Origin: Lama guanicoe
Lineage: Eukaryota
Length of the DNA: 62,000 bases
NCBI GenBank assembly: GCA_013239625.1
Contig: MU053156.1
Coordinates: 124,467 to 186,466, forward strand
Direction of reading: 5' to 3'
A program made the position numbers and the translations under genes. This document shows positions 46,441-60,200 of this stretch, piece by piece (position 1 is the stretch's first letter; each line of letters starts with the position of its first letter). Under the pieces are notes generated by a model that saw only the letters and a program-made list of their open reading frames with translations, was not told where the DNA came from and did not search any database.

Positions 46441-49400
46441 GCTGGGCGGCTGGGCGCGGGTGGGGCCAGGACGTCCCCCCGGACACCGGCCTCAGGCCTG
46501 GGAAGGGCATCTGGGTGGTAACGTGCTGTTCCACGGCCTCTGTCCTCATGCTCCTTGGCTGGTGATTTTAAACATCAGGGTTTCTGACTTAATCCTGAAA
46601 GAGCACGGCATAACGACTTGAGGACGGACTTGCAGAGCCAGTAAGTCAGTGCTTGCCCTGAGAGTCACAGGGTCATCCAGCAACCCCCCACCCCAGCCGT
46701 GGCCCTGGCTGCTCTGGCCCCAGGCTCGGTGCAGGAAGGAAGGCAGGCCTCACGGGTGCCTGAAGGAGGGCTCTGGGGGTGGGGGGAGGGGGGCGGCGGC
46801 CTCACATCCCCAAGGCCTGTGCTGCCTGCCCTCTCCACCACATGCTGTCCTGCCAGGGGAGCCCCCAGCCTCCGCCTGGAACTCAGCCTGGGGCCCACTT
46901 GTCCCCGGGCTGCACCCACCCAGGGCTGCGTGCGGTGGGGTGATGAGAAGAACAGCTGGTGGGGCTCCTGGGAGGTGTGCGCCCTTGCCCACAGTCTCTG
47001 CCTTCTGCCCCCTGCCCCGGGGTGTGCGCAGGAGGCTAGGCCGGTGAGGTGGGGCTGACGGCGGTGCCTGGGCAAGTCCTGCCACCCCAGGGAGCCCAGG
47101 TATTGACTAGATAACTGCCATGTTTATTAAAGAATAAATTTAGTGCCTAACGGAAGTGCTGTTTCTATACATAGAAAAAAAGATTTAAAATAAAAACCAA
47201 AACAGTTTCAAAGGCGCCATGGCATTAATTATTCATCTCTTGCTAATGAAAACATGAGTTTGCAGGCAGCCCACCCCCACAGGGTCTGGGGCCCCGGAGG
47301 GTCTCAGGGCCCCCAGATAAACCTGGCCCGAGGGCAGGGGGCGGGGGGCCTGGGGTGATGACCTCTGTGTGGCAGACCTTGTAGGGCCGGGGCAAGTGGC
47401 TCTGACCCTCAGTGTCCCCTTGTGTAACACATGGGGGGACTAGGGTACCCCCTCAAGGCTGTTCAGGGAGCACGACTTTGTGCCAGCACAGGCCACTCTA
47501 GCACTCAAGACCAGCAGGGACAGAAGAGATGGACTAGGGAGGAAGTAGTGGGCACTGGTCACCAGGAGAGCTCGGGGCCAGTCTACATGCATCCCTGTCC
47601 TCCATAGTCAGGTCAGGGGAGCGGGGTGGGGTCTGACCTTGAAGGCAGAGGGAAACAGGGATCAAGGCTGGTGGGGTCATCCTGGCCAGAGGATTCAGCC
47701 CAAGGGACAGTTGGGTGCACATGGCAGTGATCCACCCAGTGGGGCCAGGGAGCCACCGCCCAAGGCTCTTCCCTGCCCTGTAAAGCCCAGGGCACCGTGG
47801 CTGCACACCTGTGCTGCTGGCCTCCCCAGCAGTCCCCTCTCTCAGCCTCTCTCGTGGGCTTCAAGCCTGCAGACTGGCTGGCCCACCAGCTCGGACAGCC
47901 GCTAGGGAAGGGGGGAGTCTCACCTATGCCTCCTCAGCTGCTCAGACCCTGCTTGTTGCCCGTTTCTGTGTCCAGTCCTCGTCAGGCACTCAGTCATTCA
48001 CAAACACCCCCGAGCCCCGGCACCAGGAGGCTTGCGCTCACACTTGGCAGGCAGGTCTCCTGAGGGGCAGAGGACGCTGATCCTATCGGCTGCCCCTCGG
48101 GGCCAAGGGTCTGGGGGCCCGAGGAGCATCTTCAGCTGCGCGGATAGCCACGGGCGGGTGCAGGTGGTACCTAGGGCGATGGCTCCCTGTGGCAAGGGCC
48201 TCTGAAGCTCTTCCAGCCCTGGAGCTGGGAGGGGGCTGCTGGGGCTCTGTCCTGGTCGCCTACCCCTGTCCTGGCTGCCTCTACACTTGGCGCCCATGAC
48301 CCTGCTGCCTGAGCAGAGGGACTTGGCCTCAGGGTTCATGGGGCCCCCCAAGGATGGGTGGAGACTGGTGGGCCCGGCACCGTGGATGGCCCAGCTCAGG
48401 CCTCAGAAGGCGTGTCAGGCGAGGTTACGACCTTCTTTCTGCCTCCCTCACCCCTACCAATAGGTCTGACCTCTCTGAACTCATTGCTCAGTCTTCACTG
48501 AGCTCGGGAGCAGGGGTGGGGCTGAGGGCCGGCGGGGGATACTTTCCTGTCGTGGGGGTCCTCAGTCTCCTCCTTCTGCCCATGGCTTGGGGGTTCCTCA
48601 CCCAGGCAGCTGTCCAGCCCAGACCCTTCCCTGGCTAGGGCTCTTGGCCCATCCCAGGGCACCACTCCAGGGCCCTTTCCAGAGCCAGGGTGACCAGAAC
48701 ACAAGCTCTGAGCTTGGTGCACTTGTGGCTTCATGGGGAAAGTGCAGTGGCAACCGGCCCAGAAAGTGGCATCTGAGGGCCAGGCCCTGGGAAGACGAGC
48801 CCTCTGCAGTGGGTGGGACTTCAAGGCCAGGGTGCTGCATGGAGACCCCGAGTGGGGAAGGGGAGGCACTGGGCAGAGACCAAAGCCAGGTGCCAGCCTG
48901 GGGGCCACTCCATAGCCTCACAGGCATGCCCATTCACAGACACACGTGTCCACACCACGCAGGCGCCCCCGCCACCCAGCATGTTCACAGACGCCCACAC
49001 GGAACTTGCTTGAAGCCCACAGTAAGGACAGCAGGGGCCCCGGGCAGGCATCGGAGCTGCTGCAGCGATAATTGGTCCCTGGTAGCTGGCCTGGCTCACC
49101 CTCTCCAAAGCCAAAGGGCAATCACAGCCTCTGCTCAAGCGGGGGCTCTGAGATCCCATCCTCACCCAACGTTTTCTGGAAGCTGCGGGGGCTCCTGTGG
49201 CAGGAGCCCTGGGACATGGTGCTGTGTGGTGCTGGATCCCCCAGCACAGCGGTGGGGGCGGGGGTGGGGAGTGCAGGTGGAGAAGAGGAGGGGCGCTGCA
49301 GGCCAGGAGCCCCCTGTTCTGTGGAAGGTGGAGGAGGGGGCTCCAGGCCTGGCAGGGGCCCTGTGAAAGTCTCAGGACCCAGGCCAGGCCTGGGCACATC

Positions 49401-50054
49401 CATCCCTTGCTGGGCAGGCTGACTCGAGGTCCCGAGGCTGGCTGGGCCACCGTGCTGTCAGGTGCGGGTCCAGGACAAGGGCCAATGAACAGGGCATGGA
49501 ACTCTCAAGGCCCTCAGCCCCAAGATGCACAGAGAAGAATAACCGTTCTGCTGTTAAAACAATTTATTTTGCTCTCCAAGAAACTAACAGCTGTTTACAG
49601 TCAGCATGTCTGAGCTGCTCCCTGGGGTGGCCATTCTGCTAGATCCAGCCTCCCCTTGGCTTCCTGTGTGAGGGAGGGCCCTGCCAGGCCTGAGGCTCAG
49701 GATGGGCAGAGGATGCCATCAGGGACCAGGCCACATCCTCCCAGCCACTTCCATGGCCCAAGAGCCCCCAGGTCCACTTCTCTTCAGCCGAGGCCCCTAG
49801 GCACTGTCCTGGGAGAGGGCAGTGCTCTGTGGGGAGAGGGCATGTGGTGTGGCTGGGAGGTCAGGGAGGCCCTGTGGAGAAAGTGGGCTGTGAGCACAGG
49901 CCCAGAGGAGGGGAAGTTGTGCCCGGAAGGACTGCAGTAGAGTGGGAAGCCAGCAGGTGCAAAGGCCCTGGGGTGCACACTGGTGATGCCTGAGGATCCT
50001 TTAGCTCCGCAGACCTCTACCCACCATGGTGATCACCCCATGCCTCCCTCAACT

Positions 50055-50110
50055 GTGTGCCTACAGGGTAGGTGCTCAAAAAATGCTTGCTGAATTTGGA
50101 AAATGAATGG
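50055..50110 (+). mobile_element. LINE-2 3' end
   Basis: gcctacagggtaggtgctcaaaaaatgcttgctgaat...gaatg. Confidence 0.65.
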
Positions 50111-53100
50111 AGGACTGAGGCCCAGGGCCATGCACATGCGAGGTCTCCTGCTGCCTGCCTGGAACCTGGGGCTGCTCTGGATGAGCCCAGCATGCACGGG
50201 CCCCGAGGCCACACCGCACAAGCAGGGAGCAAGGCTGCCTCCATCCCACTCCCACCCTGCAGAGGTACTGAGGCTGGGAAGAGGGGGCACACAGGTGATT
50301 CTGGCAGATCCTGGGGGGCCCACAAAGGCCTCCTGAAGGGCACTGGGTGGGCTTCCATGGGGCCTGGCTTTGCACAACCAGAGGACCAGGTGGAGTGGGG
50401 ACTGGTCTGAGATTCACCATGGGGACTCCCAGGGCCGGCTCCTGGTACCATGGCTGACAGGCCAGCTGCTCCTGCCAGGTCACCTAGGCCCTCCGAAGTC
50501 CAGGCCTGACCTTGGAGTCCTGAGTAGGGGAGGCCTGAGGGCGGAGCTGAGCGTGAATCCTAGGGCAAGAGAACCAGGGCCCACAGGTGTGGGGCCTTGT
50601 GGCCCAGCTTTCAGCCAAAGAGAAGCCAGACGTGTGGGTGGGGAGCCATCCAGAGGGAGGAGGCAGAAACAAGCCGGGCCGGACGGCTGCGGCTCTGGGG
50701 TCAGCTCTGGACTCCTTGGCCTGATCTCTTGTCTTCCCGGTGTCAGCATGGCTGCCCTCCACCGGGCAGGAAGCAGCACAGCAGTGTCCTTAGTGACTGT
50801 TCCTTCCAGACCCCTGGGGGACGTGCCCAGTGACGGCACTGGGCCTTTGATGCCCTAACCACCTCACTGGAAGCCCCCAGGCCCCGGGCAGGCCCTGGCT
50901 GTGCCCAGTGCCAAGTCCCTCTGCCCCGTAGTGGGGCCCAGGGCAGGGGCAGGGGCTCTGACCCCAGTCTCTTCTTCACCTTGCTTTGGTCCAGCGTGAC
51001 CCCTGGCACCTGCCCCGGGGCCCATCTCTGGAGAGGCCGCAGGCTCTCAGGAGGCTCTGGGTGTGGACGCTGGTGGCTGGGCGCCCACCCCAGACCAAGC
51101 CAGCCCCTCCCAGTGCACTCCAAGTTCACTGAAGTAGCTGCCCTTCGGGGCAGGGATTTGTTGGAAGTTCAGCAGCAGCTTGTCATCTGAATGCTGAGCA
51201 ATCTGTGAACAACAGGCCACACGACAGGGAGGAGTGTGTGAGCCCGGAGCAGGGCCGGGGCTTCCGGTGCGGGGGCCCCCAGCCAGGGTGGGCGGCGCCA
51301 GAGGAGAAGGGGGCAACACGGCAGACCCACCAGAGCCGGAGGGCAGCTGCTTGGGGTCAGCCCACAGATGGTGGGCCATGAAGTGGAGCCCCTGGCCACT
51401 GTTGTGTCTCTTGTGGGCTCGAGGGGTGCTCCCAGGGCCGCGTGCGCAGGAGAAGTCCGGTCTCCGGCAGCCGCAGAGGGTCTCTGGGCTGATAACGTGT
51501 CTGCTGCCAGCAGCTGCTATGGGCTGCGGGGTGACAGGAGGAAGCCTCGGGCTGGGCAAGGGGACCACAGACATGCGAACCCCGGGAGAGAGGGCCAGCA
51601 GGGGGGCTGGGTGTGGTGCACACGTGTGCATGTGTGAGGGTCTGTGCACAAGCACTGGGCCCCTCCTGGGCAGGCCCGCGTTGCGAGCTCCCTGGAGAGT
51701 GTGCACAGCTGGGCCGAGGAGGGTGGGCCCAGGCCTTTGGGTGCGTCCCCGAGGACATCTCCCCACCACCTCATTTCACAGAAGAAAAAACAGGCCTGGG
51801 GAATGAAGCAGCCCCCAGGGCCCAGCAGCAGGAGGCCAGCCTGGCGGCCCCACCCCTCTCCTCCCTGGACCCCTGCATTCCTTTCTGACCCTTTTTCTGT
51901 ACACCCCCAGCAGGCGCAATGGCAGCTGATCTGGGTCCTTCACATTGCCCCGCTGACAATGACGAACTCACTGGCCTGGTGTCAGGTGTCCTGAGCTGGG
52001 CACCTCCCTGTGTCTCCTGGGGGTGTCTGGGCCCTGGCCCAGCCTCGGCCTGCACAGGGGACGGCCAGGCAGCCTCCATGGCCCCAGGCTGCCCCCACCG
52101 CACCTCGGCTCCACACCCCTCCCGCTCCTGCTCTGTGGTTCCCAGGGACCAGGAGCTATTTCAGCTGTGCTGGCCTCTCTGCTCAAGCAGGCTTCAGTGA
52201 GCAAAGATTGTGCCGACGTTGACAGAATGGGCACTGAGGTGCCTGCGTGGCAGTGTCGGGGAGAGGGCCCAATTAGGAGGGGAAGTGTAGGGGTAGGAAG
52301 GCAGTGCTGAGGTGACCATGCTGTGTGCCGGAAAGGGAGCCTTCCTCCCCAGGGGCCCGCTGGGTGCCACACCTGCCAGGCCCCAAGCTGTGTGTCCGAG
52401 GGCAGCCTGGGTGCAGGACCTGGGTGCACAGACTCCAGCCAGGTGCAGAGGGCAGGTGGAGTGTGGGCATGACACCCTGGGCAGGATGTGGGCCGACCAG
52501 GACCTCTGGTGGGCAGCCGGTGCTGGGGGCCAGGGACCCCTTCCACCCACTCAGCATTGCTGAGTGCATCTTGTGGGCACAAAGCTCTCTTGGGGCTGGA
52601 GCCCTGGCTGGTGCCTCCTCAGCCTGCTCCTTGGCGCCCCGATTCAGCTCCTCTCTGGGGGCCGCACATGCAAGCCGCACACCAGCTGGCCTCCAGAGAG
52701 TCGTAACAGGGGAGTTTCCTGGTTAATCAACAGCTGGCCACAGCGTCCAGCCTGGACTGTACCCTCCCAGGAGCCAAGGGCAGTCACGTGGTCCGGTGTG
52801 GCTGGCATTGTGATGTGGACATGTTAGGAAGGTGGAGGCCCAGTGGGGTCCCTGGCCAGCCCCTTCCTCCCTCCTGCCCCCTCCCACTTGCACAGTCCCC
52901 ATGGAGGGGTCCTTACCCCTACCCCCAGCCACGTGGCTGCCTCCTGTCCTGTGGAGACACCACCCTCTATGCAGAGCCTTGCCCCCAACACCTCCCTCAG
53001 CTCAGTCTCTGCTAAGGATGTCAGCTTTCTGCTCCCTGACAGACCCACCCTGCCAGAAGGAGGGGGTGAATGGCTGTCGTCAGGACTGAGGACCAGGCAC

Positions 53101-53219
53101 ACTCAAAGCCATGGCAGTGGGGGTCCTGGATGGGGCAGGAAGGGTATGTGAGCCCATGAGAGCCAAGATGGTGTGTGGGAGGGGTCAGGTAAGACCCCAG
53201 TCCAGAACCCTTCTGTAAG

Positions 53220-53822
53220 TGAGACAGGATGGAAGGCGGCAGGGCACAGCCATTCAAGGAATGCCACAGCAATTAACATCAAAATGGTGAAAGATTCAAC
53301 CCCCAGTAGGCCTTGAGGCTCAAGATGAAGAGAGATTTAACTTCTAGTAGATCTTGAGCTTCATTATACGCGCATTGTAATGTATTAACATAGCAGCATG
53401 CCAGTCCCAAGGCTAGCCACAAAAGGTCAAAGAGTGGGAAATGGCCAACTTCCTGGGAATCCCAGCCCCGTCCCCTTAGGCTGGTCCTTCTGCTTAGCAT
53501 ATGAAGCCACCAAGCCCATAAAAACCAGCAACATGGTGCCTCGCGGCTGCCCCTCTCTCTCCCTCTTCGGAGACGGCCGCATTCTGTCTGTGGAGTGTGT
53601 ACCTACTTTTAATCTGAGCACCCAACCCCCATACCTCGTGGCCTTTCTCTTGCCTTTCAATGTATCTCTCTGAATACATCTACCTTCACTCAACTGTGGC
53701 TCGCTCTTGAATTCTTTCCTGCGCGAAGCCAAGGACCCACACTTGGCGGGGCATGTCCCAGGGGCTCAATTGAGAGCTGGGACACAGCCTACCTCATGCC
53801 CCATATCTGTTTTCCTGCATCA
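53220..53822 (+). mobile_element. Solo ERV1-type LTR (603 bp)
   Basis: TGAGACAGG...TTCCTGCATCA (TG...CA). Flanks TAAG (53216-53219) and CAAG (53823-53826) form a 4-bp TSD with one mismatch. TATA-like CATAAAAA at ~53517; AATACA at ~53673; U5-like ctcgctcttgaattctttcctgcgcgaagccaaggaccc. Confidence 0.85.
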
Positions 53823-56800
53823 CAAGGGTACAGGGAGGGGGTGCCACAAGCCATGGACAGGGTGCCCCTCGCCTGCCCCAATAGTTTGCCTACTTAAGGC
53901 TCTGGGACTGGTGGTAGGGGCACTGTCTCCACAATTCAGGCTGCCTGCCTGCCCACAACACTCTATGTCCTTGGGCCCTGAGCAGGCAGGGGCTGGGGTG
54001 ACAGGCCCTGGGTCCACTGAGCCCCACTTACTCACCCTGGGTGTTCTGCTCTGATGCTTTGATTTCAGGTCCCTCCCCCACCCCCGTGTGAGCACGTCTC
54101 TTATTAGCACAGCTTTGCCGATTTTGCAAGTCAAATTCTGCGTTACTGAGTCTCCAGATTGATGTGCAGCCAGTCAGTTGGATGCCAGCTGGGAGCAAGG
54201 AAGTCTTGGTAACACGTGACAGCGGTCGCCCATCGCGGGGGTCTGGGGACCCCCACGGGGCAGATGGGGCAAACCCTACAGACTCATCCTTCCACAGGTG
54301 CCCAGGGTCCCCTCCCCCTGCCCTCAGCCTCCCCCTGCTCGGCCCAGCACCCTTCACCGGGTTGCCTGGGGGAAGCCTCGCCCCCACCCCATGGGCTACA
54401 GGTGAGCCTGACAGGTGAACCCATGCACACAGAGGGGTGGCGGTCAGGCCCCTGCCCCACGAACCCACACCAGGGTTGCCCAGGCTCAGGGTAAGCGGTC
54501 AGCCGCTTGCTCTCCTGTCTCAGGGACCCGCAAAGTCTGTTCCTTCTGTCAAGATGGACTTCCTGATACCTGCTCAGCCAGGTGGGGTGGGGAGGGGGAG
54601 TGCCTCCTCCCAGGGGGCCCTCAGGGCCTGAGCATCCCTGACACACAGAGCAGGAGATGCCACTGCCACAGGTTGGCTCTCTACGGGGCTAAGTGTATTT
54701 TAGTTTCTCCGGCCGGAACCTCCTTGATGAGGGGTCATCTACTCCTCAGCCTCCTGGCTTTCAGCAGTGTTTTGGATAGAAGTTTAGAGGGCCGATCCCT
54801 GGGCTTGAGCTGTCTGTTTTCCAAGCCAGGTGGACCCCTGCCGCCCGCCCCAGCCCCCTTCTGTATTGACCAGTGACCTTGACATTGGCCCAGCCCCTAG
54901 GGGCTGCAGGAGAGAGGCTCTCCTCAACAGAGGCAGATAATGGGGAGGGTGGCAGGAGGCCATGACTCGGCCACCAGGCTGGCAGAGGCCGAGCTCCCCT
55001 CAGCTGTGCCATCCATGCTTGGTGCTCTGCTCGGGCTCAGGCTGGCCCCGTGGTCCCAGGGAGGTGGGTGCTGTTCTAGGCACCATGGTTGTCCCCACAT
55101 CCCCTCTCCTGACTGAGGCAGCCCTTCTAGGGGCCCAGCTCATGCTCGACGCTCACATGTCACAAGCAGGAGACTGGGTCACCCTGAGCCTCATTTGGAA
55201 GGGTTGGATCAATACCACCATAATTAGGGCTTTGTCAGCAGGGCGGGTGAGGGCCCAGACTCCAGGGCTGGGTGGGTGCAGTCAGGGCAGGCTTCCAGGA
55301 AGAGGTGTCTCAGAGTGGGGTTGGAGCATCCATAGGACTCACCGGGGTGTGGAATGCTGGGTGCCAGACACTGTGCTTGCTGCCTGGATGCCCATGACAA
55401 CTGGCGAGGACACAGAGGCTCCCTGAGACGCCGCTGTGGGGACGATGGGTGCCAAGTGCCCCTCACGTCACTGCATGGCAGCCCCCACCCCGGCGCCATC
55501 CTATTTATGGATTGCAATGCGGGGTGCTTCTGTGTGGTGGTGTTAATTGGGGCTGGTTTTCATAGAATGCGCCTGATGGTGGCAACTGCAAACGCCTGTG
55601 CTCAGTTCACCTGCTCAGGGGATGGGGAGCGGGTTTGGGGGCCATCTTGCCCCTTGGTCATGTCTGTCACCAACAGACCAGAGCCCATGTCCCCCACCTG
55701 GGCCCCTGAATGGTCTAGACCCAGAAGTTGGTGTGGGGAGGGGAGCGCACAGGCCCCCTCCTGGGTAAGACAGAAATGGGGGCCTACATAGTCCCTCTGA
55801 GTCAGGCCTGGCCCAGGGTGTAGCCCAGTGGGCAGTGTGTCCCTCTGCTGGTCTGGAGGGGTCTCTGGCTGGAGCCTGGGATGTGTCCTGAATGATACTG
55901 ACCTTGGGGCCGGAAAGCTGTGGTCCTCCCTACCAGGACCTGATGGAGAGAGTTTGGCCTGTTGAGGGGAGAGCAGAGGAGTCTGGGTGGACTGAGTGGG
56001 AGATGGATGGACAGGTGGACAGGCACTTGGACGGGGCACCTGGCAGTCAGGGAGAGTGAGAATCTGCTGGGTCAGCCAGCAGAGGGACACCGGAGAGGAG
56101 TCCTGTGGTGGAGGGGGCTGGACGGGAAATCTGGACAGGTGGCGGGTCAGAGCCTGGAGGTGGGTGTGGCTGCAGCTGCTCCTAGGGGCAGAGGGGCCCC
56201 AGGGAGGGCTCAGCCACAAAGCCCCCCTTGGTTCTCAGGGGCCCTGGTGGTCCCGAGGCTGAGCTCCCTGAGCTCCTGAGGCCTTGAGACCCTCCTCTAC
56301 CTACTCTGCACAGAGGCCAGTGACCCAGAAGCCCCTGGCACTGCACACCCCTACTACTGCTTCTCCTCTGTTCCATCATTTTTCACAAATAACTGTGTAG
56401 CATCAGGCTACCCCTGACCCAGGATCACTGGCTCCGTGTCCCCCAGAACCTCCCAACTGGCCTTGTGGGACGTGTGTGTCAAGGTGTTTCCCCTGCGAAG
56501 TCTCGTTCATTCTCTGTTTATATTCATTTTCCTCCCTCCTTGGTGAGTGTCCTGGGAAGCCTCCCCTTGGCTGTGCTGGCTGGGAGGGGCCGCCCCTCCC
56601 ATCCCACCCTGGCTGCCACCCCTCCTCCTCCCCAAGATGGATGCTTTTTTATTGTCCATAAATCTCCTCTCAGCCCTTTGTGTGGATGACTGGAGGCCTC
56701 CTGTTCCCTGGTGCTTGTTGGCTGCCGGCTTGATTAGCACTCCCCACTCCCCGCAGAGGAAGGGAAGGGGCTCTCTGTTGCCCCCAGGGTTATTCTAGGG

Positions 56801-57095
56801 GACCAAAGCTGGGGCTTCTCCCTCACATGTCTATCTGTGTGGACTCAACGTGCCAGACCACAGAACTGGCCTCCATATGTCCAATCCCAGGCGGCCCCAG
56901 GGTTGCGGGGTGGCTCAACGCCCAGCAGCAGCCTTGCCGGCCCCCTGGCCGGTGGCCTATGAGTTCCACCTGGCACACAGTAGGTGCCCAGTAACCACAG
57001 GCTGAACAGACCCCACACCACCCCCACCTGGGTTGGAGGAGAACTTGACCAGCAACGAGGGCAGGATACTCGAAGCTGGGTGTCCCCCCACCCCC

Positions 57096-57250
57096 GCTGC
57101 CAGCAGTGGCTCCAGTGGGCCCCGCCGGCCCCGTTGTGCGATTGGTTGAGGAAAGGAAGGAATGCTGCCAGCAGTGGCTGCTGGCTGTGTATCCCGTTGC
57201 CAGTGGGCCCCGCCGGCCCCGTTGTGCGATTGGTTGAGGAAAGGAAGGAA
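57096..57250 (+). repeat. Compound short duplication: 51-bp identical unit (57112-57162, 57200-57250) and 16-bp unit (57096-57111, 57164-57179)
   Basis: ccagtgggccccgccggccccgttgtgcgattggttgaggaaaggaaggaa twice; gctgccagcagtggct twice. Confidence 0.93.
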
Positions 57251-60200
57251 GTGCTGTGTGAGCTCCCAGCTCCCGGCTGCCGGCTCCCACGGGGGCCAGG
57301 TGCGTCAGATGGCCCAGTCTGGCCCCACTATGTGGTGCACAGCTGGGGACTCCACAGGGCTGGGGTCAGCTGGAGGATTGGCCCCAGGATGGTGTGGCAG
57401 GACGTCCTGTCCGCCTCTCCGCTGGGGGCTGCAGCCATCTCAGAAGCGCGGGAGTCCCTCTCTCAGCAGCTCTGGGAGGATTTACTTGTTCCTCACAACA
57501 GGCAGGGAAACCGAGGGCCAGCGAGCCATGGTGACCTGCCCTGGCCCAGGTCCTGATTCTGGACCTCCCTGCATCCTGGCCATGCAGGTCTAGGTGCTGT
57601 GGGTCATCTTCCTGGAGGAGGAGTCATGTTGATGTTGAGTGTTGCAGTGAATGGATGGGGCTGGGAGGAGGGTCCTGAGGTATTCTGGGGTGGGGCCTGG
57701 GGTGGGCAGTTGTCGGGAAGATGGGGCAGGACCCTGGATGCCTCCAGGACTCCAGCCTGGCCCTGTGGCGAGGGCTGCATCCAGAATGCTCCTGTCCCTG
57801 GGGCTGCCCAGGCCTCATGTGGGAACCCTGCCTGGCCCCTGGGCCATGATGGGCTTGGGGCAGGCCTGTGGCTGGGGTTCCAGGGCAGGTTCAGCCCAGC
57901 GCAGGCAGGAAAAGAGGGGGCAGGCAGGGCAAAGAGCAAGGCTGCCTGAGGGTCTGGGTGCAGTGGGACCTGTCCTGTGTCCCACCAGCTCAGAGGCTGC
58001 CCATGTTCAGCGATGCCCCAGACAGAGGGACACCCCCAGCCCCCGAGATGAGTGATGCCCCCAAGCTGACTGGCACAAGTGGGAGAGATTGACGCCCAGG
58101 CTGAGTATCAGCCAGCGCTGAGGTGGGGATGCTGAGGCCACATGGTGCTATGGGGCACAGCACGCTGGTGGTGGGTGGCTCTGAGCAAGCATGGCCTCAG
58201 GCATGTCCGAGGCTCCAGAAGCATCATTTCATGCCTCTGAGCCTTAGTGTCCTTGTCTGCAGGCTGAGGGTGTCGGCAGCCTCTTCCCGCTAGGATGTGG
58301 GAGTGGCTGAGGGCCAGGGAGGGCCAGTGACCAGGCAGGTGCCAGGTGGTGAGGAGAAACTTTACCCTGCAGTCCCTGGGCCCCAGCTCACCCAACAAAT
58401 AAACACTTCCTTCCCTGTGAACACATTCCCGGCATATCCTCCATCTCACTGGACATCCGTCTACCATCAGCTGCTGAATGTTCTGTTGCCTGTATTACTT
58501 CAGAACTCATTTAAGGATTAAAAAATAATTCTTCCAATTACTGTGCAAAACCCTGGGCGTTGGATAAAGGAAGCAGGTGATCCTGTCTGAGGACCTGAGC
58601 CAACCCTGCAGGTAGACGGCAGCTCAGGGTGGCTCCAGGGCCCCTTGGACCCCAGAGGGCCTGCAGTCATGCTTCACTGCCCTCCTCGGGCCCCAGGGTC
58701 AGGGCTAGTAGAGCAGTGAACGCTGGGAGGAGCCCAGCCTGAGCCCAGCACCCTGAGAGCGCCGCTCACCACCTCCATCCACCCCGACGAGCCCCGGGCC
58801 CACCGACTGCTTGGTAGCACCAGCCTGGCCAGGGCCTGGGACACGGGATGGACCTCTGAGCGGGGAAGGATCCTGTTCACAGGCTGCCCTGTGGCTGGCC
58901 TGGCACCCTTGGACAGGGACCACAAGAGTCCCAGTAAACTAGAAGCTGGCCTAGGGGTGGTGAACACGCTCGGTGCTGCTTCTTGTGGCCTGAACTGGCA
59001 TCCTGCTCAGGTCCCGGGTCCTGGAGACCGAGGCTGGATGCCAGTCACCGGCCACCTGGGTCCAGTGGGCCTGACCTCAGGGACCCAGTGGGGCCGGTGA
59101 GGGGTGGGAGCAGGCTAGAGCTGTGCTGGCTGCCCGGGCCCAGCGCTGCCCCCTCCCTGCCCCTCACCAGCGCCAGCTAGTGATGTCATCTCTTCCTGGG
59201 CTGTAAATATCACCCAAACTCACAACTCCCAAATTGTCCTCCCACCCGGGCCCCTCTCCTGAGCTCAGCCTGCACAGCCCACTCGACACCCCCGCCCAGA
59301 TGTCTCCTGGGCCCCAACAGTGGGGGCCGCTCCTCCCAGGGCCCCCACCTCAGGGCTGGGCTGCTCAGCGCAAACATCGGGAACCCTGCCTTCCTCTGCC
59401 TCCTGCTAGGTCCAAGGCAAACTCAGCCACATCCTTCCTGGTTCCCCACCCGACCCTACTGGGCCTGGCCAGACCTGTGCCCCCTGCCCACTGCACGACG
59501 GCCAGATGGACCTTCTCTGGCAATGAGAGCCCATCCCTGTTCCTCGGGACAAAGTCCCCAAGGTCTGCCCCCTCCATACCCCCGGGTCCACCTGCCTCAC
59601 CTGTCTGGCCCCTTGTCCTTACTCCGTGTCCCCCATGGCCTAGGTTCCCCTCCTTGGACAGTGGAGGATGCAGGCTCCAAGGGACTTGCCAGAGCTCTGG
59701 CAGCACCAGAAGGAAAATGTGGCCGTGAAGGCAGGGCCCATCAAGGGTGTCTGGGGGAGGTTAGCCAAGCTCCAGTTCAGTGTGGGGCCCGTAGCCCTGA
59801 GCTGTTGGTGGCATCCCAGCCCCCACCTGAGGGCCAGCTGATGGTGAGAGACACAGTCAGCCTTAGAAGAACCTTGAGGGCAGACGGGTGCCTCTCAGCA
59901 AGGAGCAGGGTCAACAAAGGTAGTGAGCGCCCCATTCCAGGAGCTGTACGAGCTGAGGAACTCACGTGCACCTCAAAGCACTTTGCCAATGGGCGTCTGG
60001 CATCTCCTGGCTGCCAGGAAGGTGGTAGGAGCCCAGGGGCCACCCTGCCCCTTGTGCAAGAGTCCCTCAGCCTCAACCTGGAGCCTATATCCTCTTCAGA
60101 CCTGGCTGTGTCTTGTTGGGCATGGCAGGGGCTGCTCAGGAGAAAACTGGATCAAGAAATTCTTGCCTACGTTCCCTCTGCCCACCGACACCCAGGCGCA

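Noticed and set aside
31576..51610. Possible CTCF sites (~31580 cacagaggtggcgc, ~41762 ggccaggtggcgcc, ~51594 ccagcagggggggc)
   Set aside because: Partial matches only; such strings are common in GC-rich DNA and cannot be called without a PWM scan or ChIP data.
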